DNA of 64,000 nt from an uncultured Candidatus Saccharibacteria bacterium (GTDB lineage: Bacteria > Patescibacteriota > Minisyncoccia > Phycocordibacterales > CAYSCM01): contig CAYSCM010000001.1 of the NCBI GenBank assembly GCA_964429815.1, forward strand, positions 320,001 to 384,000. Direction: 5' to 3'. Under the pieces are notes generated by a model that saw only the letters and a program-made list of their open reading frames with translations, was not told the DNA's origin and searched no databases. Each line of letters opens with the position of its first letter. Position 1 is the first letter of the stretch. Positions 21,185 through 29,919 of this stretch are shown here, one piece after another. The position numbers and the translations under genes were made by a program.

Positions 21185-24177
21185 ACCAGATCGAATTACA
21201 CAACAGGATAGATGAGTACATTGCTCACGGCCCAGGGAAGGCTGCATGGACGGCTGTAAAAAAAATAACTGAGATTCACCTCGACGTGAAGAAGTATTTT
21301 TATACTAGAGCCGATGAAAAGTGGTTTGACTTGGTACGCGGAGATATTCTGAATGTGGCGAAGACAAAAGCTAGTGATCCCACGAAATACTCATATCAAA
21401 CGCCTGAGCTTGATTATTTGGCTCGGGTGGCTGAGATAATTCCACAGAAGGTCACTAAACTCATTTTAGACACTTCCATATCTAAAGAGAACTTCAATCC
21501 AGAAGTGGTTGATCGTTTTCTTTGGATTTCGAGCAAATTGCCCGCCGACCAACTTAAACGAGTAGTCGTGAAAATCCGCGATGATCAATGGATTCAACTT
21601 ATGGCGCCTTTCAATAGGTGGGTTTTTGAATATCAAAAGATGTTCGAGACGCTTGCAGTTGCCAAGGACCAGGACAGCATACTTATCCTTGCGGAAGCGG
21701 TTTTGCGGACACGTTCAAAGGATGAGCTGGCAAAGATTAACAATGGGATATCGACGGACAATCCCTTCTTCCTTTCAGACCTCAGCGAAACAGACATTTT
21801 CAGTCTTCTTGCCTCTTCTGATGATAAACATCTAGATGCTGCTCTTCGGGTCGCAACTAATGCACTCGCGGGCGTTATCAGGACTGGCGATCGAGAAGAT
21901 AACGTTTTTGAAATCGGTGAGATTTTTCACCTCTTTGATGTTGACTTTTTTTCTCTTGAATTGGGCAAGGGCCGACATTATTCACATAGAGATGAGGTCA
22001 GAGAACTGGCAGCCGTTGTCAAAACACTCGTGAATCGCTCTATTGGTAAGAGCTGCAACGATTCAAAAGAGACTCGCCGGATCTACGAACACATAGAACG
22101 TTTGCCGGATAGTCGATCCATGTGGCGACTGCGGCTCTATGTCTGGAGTCTGTGTCCGAAGGTGTTCAAGGACGAATTACAGACTGCATTTTTCAAGGGC
22201 CTAGAGTCGCGAGAAATGTTATGGCCAATTACAGGCGGTGCGGAATACGATCACGCTCTTAAAAGGTGTTTTGATGTTGTTCTGTCCGAGGAGGACCGGA
22301 AGGCATATATTCAACGTGCCTTTGAGATACTTGACGTGAATGAAGAGCACCCATACGGCTACGGTATATTTGCCAGTATCCAAAGGCATCTGTCAGAACC
22401 GCAGAAGCAGCGGGTGGAAGCCCTCTACAAGATGCCGCTTGATCCAAATTATACGCCTGAGCCTAGCGTAGGTCATTCGTATGCCGGCACAATAGTTTCG
22501 CAGTCACCCAAGGAGGCAGATGATGTCTGGGGAAAGCCGGTTCCGGAGATTGTACAAGCTCTAGAAACCCGCTTGACGCCGGAGCAACTACAAAAGATAG
22601 ACGGTAGGAAAGATTTTCTAAAACCGGTAAACGCAGAGGGGGTGGCGGATAAAATGCGGTCACAAATGAAAGAACGCACGAGTGAATATACCGCCAACGC
22701 GACTTTGTTTTTCGATAGAAAACTAATGGATCCACACTACACCTACTCCTTCTTCCGTGGCGTGGATGAGATTATTCGCTTGCATCGAGAAAAAGTGTCA
22801 GAAATAAACTGGCAGCAGATTATTGCGCTTGGTGTCGCAATTACGAAAGAAGGACAACGAGAGTCTTTTGATTTCACTAAGCGAGAAAGGGAGCACTTCG
22901 ATGCCTGGCTCGCAGGATGGATTGGTGTACACGACGGCCTCGGAGATGTTTTGCAGGATTATCTCCGAAATGATAACGGAATCACTGAGGAGTCCTTCAA
23001 TAAGAACCGGGAGGATCTTTTCAAGATTATTTGCTACCTACTCACCATACCGGATCCGGTTCCTAAGGACGAGCAACCTGAAACGGCTGGCATGACTACC
23101 ACGCCGCCCGGCGGAGAGAAATTAGTGAGCGATCCTTTCGCGATAGCCATTAACTCGGTTCGCGGCCGAGCATATCAAGCGTTCGTAATGTTTATGGAGT
23201 GGGATGGGCGTAAGTATGCGAAGGACGCAAAAGTGAAGCTATCTCCAGATGTATTGCAAGAGTACAAGGATCTTTTAGCGCGTGAAAATACCGGCGCAAT
23301 TTTCTTCATGTACGGACACTATCTACCGTTTTTCTACTTCCGCGATGTTAAGGAAGTCCGAAAGCTCCTCCCGCAAATATTTACGAGCGACAGTAAAAAG
23401 GTTCATCTGTATCTCGCGGCGTGGGAGGGTTATCTGACTCGTAGTCTCTATCGAGAGATGTTTGTCCAGCTACAGGGTGAATACGAACGAGCAATCAAAA
23501 ATAATCCTGACTCTTATCCGAAAAGAAATTACCGTGCAGACCTTGACGAAGCATTAGCAACTCATATGGCATTGGCGTACATCCACTTCGAGGATTTCAC
23601 GCTTGATTCAAGTCTGTTCAAACTTTTTTGGAGCACTCCAAACCAAAAGAGGTATCAAGAGTTTGTATCATTCATCGGACGCTATGTGATCTCGAAAGAT
23701 CATGCAAAGGAGAATCTCGCTGAAAATCCTGAGATCAAACTTTCTAAGCTTATTGACTTCTGGGATTGGACGCTTGAATACGTTAATGACCCGGATGTAT
23801 TTGCCGAATATGGTTTCTGGATGGATACAACCGGTGGTTTATATGACGATGTAACGGCACTTGCCCGAAGGATTCAGAAAACACTCAAAAAATCTAAAGG
23901 TAAAGTCGACTGGGAGATTAAGCTAATGGATTCGCTCCCGACGTTGGCGGCAGCAGTCCCCAAGGACACACTGGAGATTTTACGACTTTATCTCAAACCA
24001 CTTGATGTGAGCCCACGCAGTCGACACTTCATGCATGTCGACGCCGACCTTGTAAATATTTTCAGGACGCTGCATAAGAATCCAGAGACTCAAGACGAGA
24101 CTTATAAGTTGATCGACGAACTCCTGCCGTTGGGGAATGGGGTGTATTGGAAGTTGAAGGAGGCCTTAACGGAGTAG
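21181..24177 (+). CDS. large hypothetical protein (998 aa), predicted alpha-helical, no NTPase or nuclease motifs recognised
   Basis: Uninterrupted 3 kb ORF in lower-GC island; Trp/Tyr-rich; no Walker A. Confidence 0.7.
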   Translation: MNQIELHNRIDEYIAHGPGKAAWTAVKKITEIHLDVKKYFYTRADEKWFDLVRGDILNVAKTKASDPTKYSYQTPELDYLARVAEIIPQKVTKLILDTSISKENFNPEVVDRFLWISSKLPADQLKRVVVKIRDDQWIQLMAPFNRWVFEYQKMFETLAVAKDQDSILILAEAVLRTRSKDELAKINNGISTDNPFFLSDLSETDIFSLLASSDDKHLDAALRVATNALAGVIRTGDREDNVFEIGEIFHLFDVDFFSLELGKGRHYSHRDEVRELAAVVKTLVNRSIGKSCNDSKETRRIYEHIERLPDSRSMWRLRLYVWSLCPKVFKDELQTAFFKGLESREMLWPITGGAEYDHALKRCFDVVLSEEDRKAYIQRAFEILDVNEEHPYGYGIFASIQRHLSEPQKQRVEALYKMPLDPNYTPEPSVGHSYAGTIVSQSPKEADDVWGKPVPEIVQALETRLTPEQLQKIDGRKDFLKPVNAEGVADKMRSQMKERTSEYTANATLFFDRKLMDPHYTYSFFRGVDEIIRLHREKVSEINWQQIIALGVAITKEGQRESFDFTKREREHFDAWLAGWIGVHDGLGDVLQDYLRNDNGITEESFNKNREDLFKIICYLLTIPDPVPKDEQPETAGMTTTPPGGEKLVSDPFAIAINSVRGRAYQAFVMFMEWDGRKYAKDAKVKLSPDVLQEYKDLLARENTGAIFFMYGHYLPFFYFRDVKEVRKLLPQIFTSDSKKVHLYLAAWEGYLTRSLYREMFVQLQGEYERAIKNNPDSYPKRNYRADLDEALATHMALAYIHFEDFTLDSSLFKLFWSTPNQKRYQEFVSFIGRYVISKDHAKENLAENPEIKLSKLIDFWDWTLEYVNDPDVFAEYGFWMDTTGGLYDDVTALARRIQKTLKKSKGKVDWEIKLMDSLPTLAAAVPKDTLEILRLYLKPLDVSPRSRHFMHVDADLVNIFRTLHKNPETQDETYKLIDELLPLGNGVYWKLKEALTE

Positions 24178-24178
24178 C

Positions 24179-24397
24179 TTAGAGGAAATACTCAACATTC
24201 TTTCCGTATAGCTTCGCCAGCTTGTTGAGCCATATTGCTTCTACCCGCAATTCTCCCAGCTCAACTTTCGACACCCACGACTGAGAGCATTTGAGTTTGT
24301 CAGCGACCTCGGCTTGTGTCAGCCCCGCATCAAGGCGGGCTTTCCTCAGTCGCTTCACGAATACAGCCCGCTCGTCAGTATGAATGGACTTTCTCAT
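24179..24397 (-). CDS. XRE-family HTH transcriptional regulator
   Basis: 72 aa; LTQAEVADKLKCSQSWVSKVELG HTH. Confidence 0.8.
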   Translation of the reverse strand: MRKSIHTDERAVFVKRLRKARLDAGLTQAEVADKLKCSQSWVSKVELGELRVEAIWLNKLAKLYGKNVEYFL

Positions 24398-24424
24398 ACC
24401 TATAAGCGTCTATTCCGTTATGGG

Positions 24425-24443
24425 ATATTCCAAAATGGAATAT
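24425..24443. promoter_or_regulatory. perfect palindromic operator atattcca-aaa-tggaatat in divergent XRE/nuclease promoter region
   Basis: 8-bp perfect inverted repeat with 3-bp spacer, 28 nt upstream of XRE start. Confidence 0.6.
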
Positions 24444-24527
24444 TCAATGTTAGGCTACGAATGTCCGACAAAGGCAAGAGTTGGTAACCTCCTTCGCAAG
24501 CCTCCGAATCTAAGTTAGGAACACCAC

Positions 24528-24995
24528 ATGGACCCTATATCCAATAACAAGCGTAATACCATCCTTACCGGCGTCTCCGGCGAGTACTACGTCGCCGCTG
24601 AACTTTCGCGTCGTGGATACCTCGCCTCTATCACACTTCGCAACACCAAAGGCGTAGACATCCTCTGCTCAAACGCGGAGGCGAGTAAATCTGTAGGTAT
24701 CCAGGTAAAGGCAAAGTCGGGTAATGATCGTGTATGGATTCTCAACGAGAAAGGAGAACATTACTACGCGAACAATCTCTTTTACGTTTTTATCAACATC
24801 GACGACGGTCTCAACAAGCATCCTGAGTACACGGTCGTGCCCAGTAAGGTAGTTGCCGAGTACGCTCGCGAGTCGCACGCGAGGTGGTTAAGCGAACCGA
24901 AGAAGGACGGCAGCGCTCGCAAAGACACGACTATGCGGAAGTTTCAGGATCCGGAGGAGAAGTATCTTGGTCGGTGGGATCTGTTGGGTCTTTGA
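24528..24995 (+). CDS. PD-(D/E)xK-fold nuclease-like protein (YraN/Hjc-like motif)
   Basis: 155 aa; GVSGEYYVAAELSRRGY...RNTKGVDILC resembles GxxGE...GEIDLIA core. Confidence 0.5.
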   Translation: MDPISNNKRNTILTGVSGEYYVAAELSRRGYLASITLRNTKGVDILCSNAEASKSVGIQVKAKSGNDRVWILNEKGEHYYANNLFYVFINIDDGLNKHPEYTVVPSKVVAEYARESHARWLSEPKKDGSARKDTTMRKFQDPEEKYLGRWDLLGL

Positions 24996-25560
24996 ATTCG
25001 TTCCCGTATTTCTCATTCAACCTCTCGAGTGTCTTTTTGCTAATAACGATCTGCCCGTTTTCGTCTGAAAATGCTTCAATTAGGTCTTGTTTTCTCTGTC
25101 TCTCAACTTCGTCAAGGAATTTCTTCAACGAAGCCTCTCTGACAAGTAACTTCCCGTCGGGGCCGGTGAACATCCTCCGCAATTTCTTCAGGTCGATTTC
25201 CATCTGGTAGTCGGGACCGAATTCCTCATAGTCGTCGAACTTATCCATGAGCGGTATCTTCTCCTCCTCGCCGCGAAGCTTCGGGCTGTAGAACTTGCTG
25301 TTGTGCGTGAGGAAGAATTTGGAGTCCGCCTTGTCCCCGTTGTTGATCCCTTTGATGATGTTCGACTCCGCCTTCTCGCTCACGGCCTCCCGGCTCACTC
25401 TCCGCACGGTTTCCGCGGCCCGCTTGAATTCCGGGTCGTCGTGCATCCACCGGTATATGGTCATGCGCGTAACGTCGACCTTTCGCGCGGCCGTGCCGAT
25501 AAACGGCGTGGTCTCCAACGCCTTGAGGAATTCCTCGCGTTTATCGGCACCGTGCGTCAT
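24931..25560 (-). CDS. phage terminase small subunit-like HTH protein
   Basis: 209 aa; N-terminal HTH GTAARKVDVTRMTIYRWMHDDPEF; acidic C-terminus; 3' end overlaps the convergent gene by 65 nt. Confidence 0.5.
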   Translation of the reverse strand: MTHGADKREEFLKALETTPFIGTAARKVDVTRMTIYRWMHDDPEFKRAAETVRRVSREAVSEKAESNIIKGINNGDKADSKFFLTHNSKFYSPKLRGEEEKIPLMDKFDDYEEFGPDYQMEIDLKKLRRMFTGPDGKLLVREASLKKFLDEVERQRKQDLIEAFSDENGQIVISKKTLERLNEKYGNEFKDPTDPTDQDTSPPDPETSA

Positions 25561-25563
25561 AAA

Positions 25564-26925
25564 CTAGCCGATCTTCACGCGCTTCTTGCCTGTGAACTTC
25601 TCCCAGCGATTGAGAATTACTTCGGCGTACACAGGTGATTTCTCAATCAGGAAACAACGCCGACCAAGCGTGATGGATGCGATGAGCGTCGACCCGCTCC
25701 CGCCGAACGGCTCAAGCACGAGCTGCCCGCGCTTCGTGAGCGTCTTGATGTACGGCACGAGAATCTCGATCGGTTTTACGCCGAAGATGATCGCTTGGCC
25801 TGAAGATTTTTCATCAGCGGCATTGAACTCGATGAAATCGGTCGGGCAGTATTTCTTGTCTTTGCCGTAGCTCTCCCAGTGTGCGCCCTTGCCGTCAATG
25901 GCAAAGAGTGCCGTTTGGTACTCGTTCTCGTACAACTCCTGTTCGTTCTCGAGATTCAGACCGCTGTACTCCTCGCTCGTGCCGACCATCGCGATGTCGT
26001 GCTTGGAGAAGAACTTATTGCGCCCCGCGTATCCTTGGTTGCGGTTCGGCAAGTGCCACACGATCATATTGCGCACCTTCCAGTGCTTTTCCATCTCACT
26101 CCAGATTTCGCGAATGTTCTTCCAGTTTTCGTAGCAGATGATTGAGAAGTCCTTATTCGCAACTTTCGCAACATTGCTCATCCATTTCTCGGTGAAATCG
26201 GCTGGCAATGATTCTGTTTCAAGATAGCGACGGTTCTTCTTCGAGCCGAACCCAACCGTTGGCTCGCCATTGCGGGTCTTGCCTTTGAGGTAGTCCAGCC
26301 GATACGGAGGGTCCGTCATAACCATGTCCGCCTTTTCGGACATGAGCTTGAGCACATCTTCTTCGATAGTGCTGTCCCCACAGAGAAGCCGCGAACCGTC
26401 GAGCTCGTACACGTCGCCCTTCCGCACACCGATTGTTTTGATGTCGAGCTTTTTGAGCTCTTTCTCAAGTGAGAATTCCGCCTCCGTAGAATCTTCCTCA
26501 AAGATGTTGTCGAGTTCTTCGGAATCGAAGCCGACAGCCTCAAGGAATGCTTCGTCGAACTCGGCGAGCAACAGGTCGTAATCCCACTCACCGACAGCCT
26601 TGTTGAGGCGGAGGCAGAGGTCCTTCTCTTTTTCGATATCGGCAATGTGGACGAAGACGCACGGCACCTCCTTGTACCCGAGATCTTTCATGACTTCGAA
26701 GCGGAGGTTGCCGCCAATAATGACGTTCTCGCGCTCCTTGGCGCGGTTTACTACAAGGGGATCAACACTTCCATGCCGCTCAAGACTCTCGCGCACGGGC
26801 TTCTTCGTGTCATCGTTGACCAAACGAGGATTATATTCGGCGTGCTTAAGGCTGGTAATGGGAACATATTCGACCCACAGTTTGTGAGCCGTATCCGCAG
26901 AGACTGCGACAGTGTTTTTAGTCAT
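25564..26925 (-). CDS. ParB-like nuclease domain fused to DNA N6/N4 methyltransferase (phage-type)
   Basis: 453 aa; ParB N-terminal domain (VPCVFVH, GGNLRFE), then MTDPPY (motif IV) and C-terminal PFGGSGST (motif I): beta-class order. Confidence 0.85.
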   Translation of the reverse strand: MTKNTVAVSADTAHKLWVEYVPITSLKHAEYNPRLVNDDTKKPVRESLERHGSVDPLVVNRAKERENVIIGGNLRFEVMKDLGYKEVPCVFVHIADIEKEKDLCLRLNKAVGEWDYDLLLAEFDEAFLEAVGFDSEELDNIFEEDSTEAEFSLEKELKKLDIKTIGVRKGDVYELDGSRLLCGDSTIEEDVLKLMSEKADMVMTDPPYRLDYLKGKTRNGEPTVGFGSKKNRRYLETESLPADFTEKWMSNVAKVANKDFSIICYENWKNIREIWSEMEKHWKVRNMIVWHLPNRNQGYAGRNKFFSKHDIAMVGTSEEYSGLNLENEQELYENEYQTALFAIDGKGAHWESYGKDKKYCPTDFIEFNAADEKSSGQAIIFGVKPIEILVPYIKTLTKRGQLVLEPFGGSGSTLIASITLGRRCFLIEKSPVYAEVILNRWEKFTGKKRVKIG

Positions 26926-27012
26926 ATGGTTACGACTATTAACGAATAATAGGAGACGCTATGCCTCCTGTATGTAGTAGTCGCCGGAAAATCGGAGTTT
27001 AATACCCGCCCC

Positions 27013-27453
27013 TCACAGCTCCAATCCTGCGGGATATACTCGATTGGTTATGTAGGTATCACGCCCCGCGCGGCGGCGGAGGTCCTTTATTCCGTTTTTG
27101 AGAATGCTAAGAACGTATGTACGCGGCGCTGCGCCATTTTTGTGCTTGAAATTGAGCTTCGCGTTGATAAGCCGCAACTTCAGTTCGCTTTCTATATCAT
27201 CGGGGTCAAGATCTGGAACCCACTCGTATTCAGCAATCTTTCTGATGTCCGCGCTATATTGCAAATAGAGTTTAAAATTCGGTGCCATGCAATGGATTCT
27301 ACAACCGGTGTTCGAGTAAAAGGTGCCAGGCGAGAACGCAAAAATCTCCAATGACCCTAAATGAAGCATTCGAGATTTTTGAAAACGGTGGATAACTGAT
27401 TTGACGGGTTTTCGCAAAACTCTTGAGTGTCGTAACATTCGTATCATTTTCAA
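27013..27453 (-). CDS. hypothetical protein
   Basis: 146 aa ORF in AT-richer DNA; no motif recognised. Confidence 0.3.
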   Translation of the reverse strand: MKMIRMLRHSRVLRKPVKSVIHRFQKSRMLHLGSLEIFAFSPGTFYSNTGCRIHCMAPNFKLYLQYSADIRKIAEYEWVPDLDPDDIESELKLRLINAKLNFKHKNGAAPRTYVLSILKNGIKDLRRRAGRDTYITNRVYPAGLEL

Positions 27454-27557
27454 AAAATGACCCCAACCGAGACGGGTCAGTTTGCTATCATGAAAGTCTC
27501 CAAAGAATCCTTATAGTGTCTTACCACTCTGGGTTCTGAACCGGAGCGGCCAGCAGA

Positions 27558-27851
27558 TTACTTGGATTTCAAATAAAGCTCGCTGTATTTAATCATCGCG
27601 TTTTCGATGACTTTGAGACCCCTGCCTTTTCCCGTTGCGGTATAGATCCCCTCTTTTGATTTTGCGATTAAGCCGAGCTTCTTGAGGCGCATGAGCTTAA
27701 GGGTAAGCGTGCGGGTCGATATTCCTTGAAGCCAGCCCTCAAGCTCAGAAAAACGCTTCGGTCCTTCCGTAAGCGCTCGCATGATAAGCATCGTCCAGGT
27801 GTCAGAAAGGAGTTCGGCAACCCTGGTAATAGGGCAGGTCTCTTTGGTCAT
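27558..27851 (-). CDS. HxlR-family winged-helix transcriptional regulator
   Basis: 97 aa; CPITRVAELLSDTWTMLIMRAL...FSEL typical HxlR/MarR-like. Confidence 0.8.
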   Translation of the reverse strand: MTKETCPITRVAELLSDTWTMLIMRALTEGPKRFSELEGWLQGISTRTLTLKLMRLKKLGLIAKSKEGIYTATGKGRGLKVIENAMIKYSELYLKSK

Positions 27852-27868
27852 AGCTGTACTCTAGCATA

Positions 27869-27931
27869 GAAGACTTTACAAAGTAAAGTCTTTATTGTGG
27901 GGCTATGGAAACTGCTTTACAAAGTAAAGTA
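27869..27931. promoter_or_regulatory. two copies of palindrome (a)agactttac-aaa-gtaaagtctt in the HxlR/LUD divergent intergenic region
   Basis: 27869-27893 and 27913-27931 share ctttacaaagtaaagt. Confidence 0.55.
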
Positions 27932-27967
27932 CTTAGTGGAATATAGTGCTCTACTAGCTTCTATTTC

Positions 27968-28594
27968 ATGCATATGCCACAAGTCGCTGCATCAAAAAAA
28001 GAGAACGTGCCAACGTCACTCATTGATACGTTCAAAGAACGTAACATTGAAGTGATGCTCATCAAAGGTCGGGAGGGGGCGCTTGAAAAAATTAAAGAGT
28101 TGATTCCGGCAGGAGCGTCGGTGATGAATGGCACTTCGAGGACTCTCGAAGAGATCGGGTATATCGATTATCTGAAATCGGGCAAACATAGCTGGCGCAA
28201 TCTCCACGAGGAGATTTTGAAAGAAAGTGATCCGGCAAAGCAGGCGCGCCTGCGCAAGGAGGCATCGATCGCCGACTATTACCTCGGGAGCGTACATGCG
28301 CTCACGGGGGAGGGGGAGTTCCTCATAGCTTCTGCCTCTGGAAGCCAGCTTCCGGGCGTTGTGTTCAATGCCAGCAACCTGATTTTCGTAGTAGGAAAAC
28401 AGAAAATAGTCCCCGATCTGGCAGCCGCATTTAAACGCCTCAAAGAATACGTTGTTCCGCTTGAAGATGCACGCATGAAAAAGGCGCATGGCATAGGCAC
28501 GCTTCATTCGAAGACCTTACTATTTCACCGGGAAGCTCCGTTTACCGGACGCAAGGTTTACCTACTCCTCGTCGACGAAGAGCTTGGGTTTTAG
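27968..28594 (+). CDS. LUD-domain (LutC/YkgG-like) protein
   Basis: 208 aa; lactate-utilisation LUD domain pattern. Confidence 0.7.
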   Translation: MHMPQVAASKKENVPTSLIDTFKERNIEVMLIKGREGALEKIKELIPAGASVMNGTSRTLEEIGYIDYLKSGKHSWRNLHEEILKESDPAKQARLRKEASIADYYLGSVHALTGEGEFLIASASGSQLPGVVFNASNLIFVVGKQKIVPDLAAAFKRLKEYVVPLEDARMKKAHGIGTLHSKTLLFHREAPFTGRKVYLLLVDEELGF

Positions 28595-28648
28595 TCCGCC
28601 AAGCACTCACTAGTGCCGGCATAACCTCGCCCATGTTGCTCCGCACGA

Positions 28649-29919
28649 TTGCTGCGGCAGAGGTATACTTTGTGTATGGCTAAAGTATGGCTTGGCGTTA
28701 TCGGCCTCGTCATTTTGGGAGGGGCTTTTTGGGGATTACGGCATGAATTGTCCGCACCTGCTTCGACCGACCAAAATAATCAAGCCCAAAAAATTTCCTC
28801 GCTGCAGCCGACACTGAATTCGAATACGCAAACAAAAACCACCGAGACCTCATCCTCCCATCGCGCAACAGGTGGCGCACCCCTTAGCCAAAGCGAGCTC
28901 TTGGCACTCGCAGACAACAAGTATAGTAACGGTGCGATACCCCTTGGCGATTATAAGTACATCACCTCCGGGCCCAAGAAGGGCTACATCTACCTCTGTC
29001 GCGCCATGGGCGGAGGCGGTGGCGCGCAGGCGAATGGTCCGTGGATCCACGGAAGTACTTGGAATCCGAGCGAGAAGATTGCCGTACGCGGAGCAATCGT
29101 TTGGCCGAATGCGACATTTTCAAACATCATCTCCGGTGCCAGTCGCATTCTCTCGGGGAATGGACTCCCCGTCGGCTACACAACCGGGGTATTCCCGATT
29201 TCCGCAAGCGACCCCGCGTATGCTTACGATAGGAACCCTAACTCCATTTCAGCGCAGTCTTTGTTGAAGACCCTTCCGGAAAATCCCGCGTACAGCGATT
29301 CGCCCTACTGCATGGGCGGGGAAGTGGGCATCATGCTCTCGGGGTGCCGCTTTTCAATGGATTTGATGCGGACACGCGGGATGCCGTCGCGCATGAGGTG
29401 CAAGATTCTTGTGGCGGCCATCCGGAGAGGACCGGACAGTACCACTACCACGGGCTCTCGGCTTGTTTTAAGGACACGAATGTTTCGACCGTGCTCGGCT
29501 ATGCACTCGACGGCTTTCCGATAACCGGTGGCACGGTCGCAGCGAATGCCTACCTCACGACCGAGAACCTCGACGAATGTCATGGACTAGTGAGCGACGT
29601 CGTCATAGATGGAGAGGTGCGGACGACCTATCACTACGTGTTGACGCCAGATTTTCCCTACTCCGCAAGCTGTTTCCGGGGGAAACCGGTGTCACTTATG
29701 ACCGGGGGAGCGGGAGCGTCGGGTTCTCAGATAACACCAATAAGCCAGCCTTCGCAGAGCACGAGAGGCATCCCGGGGCAACCACCTCAAGAAGCTATCA
29801 GTGCTTGTATCGGTAAGTACTCAGGCATGTCGTGCTCTTTCACCTCATCTTACGGCGACATCATCTCCGGCAACTGCGCCACGCCGCCTGGCTCGCAGCT
29901 CGCTTGTGTTCCGCAATGA
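28649..29919 (+). pseudogene. YHYH-domain secreted protein interrupted by a 1-nt frameshift in a G4 run (or sequencing error)
   Basis: ORF 28649..29524 and ORF 29344..29919 read as one protein (...GEVGIMLSG|VPLFNGFDADTRDAVAHE...GHPERTGQYHYH) if one G is added at 29341-29344. Confidence 0.6.

Larger units (their letters stand above)
16340..27500. mobile_element. integrated genomic island / degraded prophage-like element at tRNA-Gln (right boundary approximate)
   Basis: Serine recombinase next to tRNA 3' end; visibly AT-richer DNA; R-M-like genes, XRE, PD-(D/E)xK nuclease, terminase-small-like HTH, ParB-MTase fusion. Confidence 0.6.
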
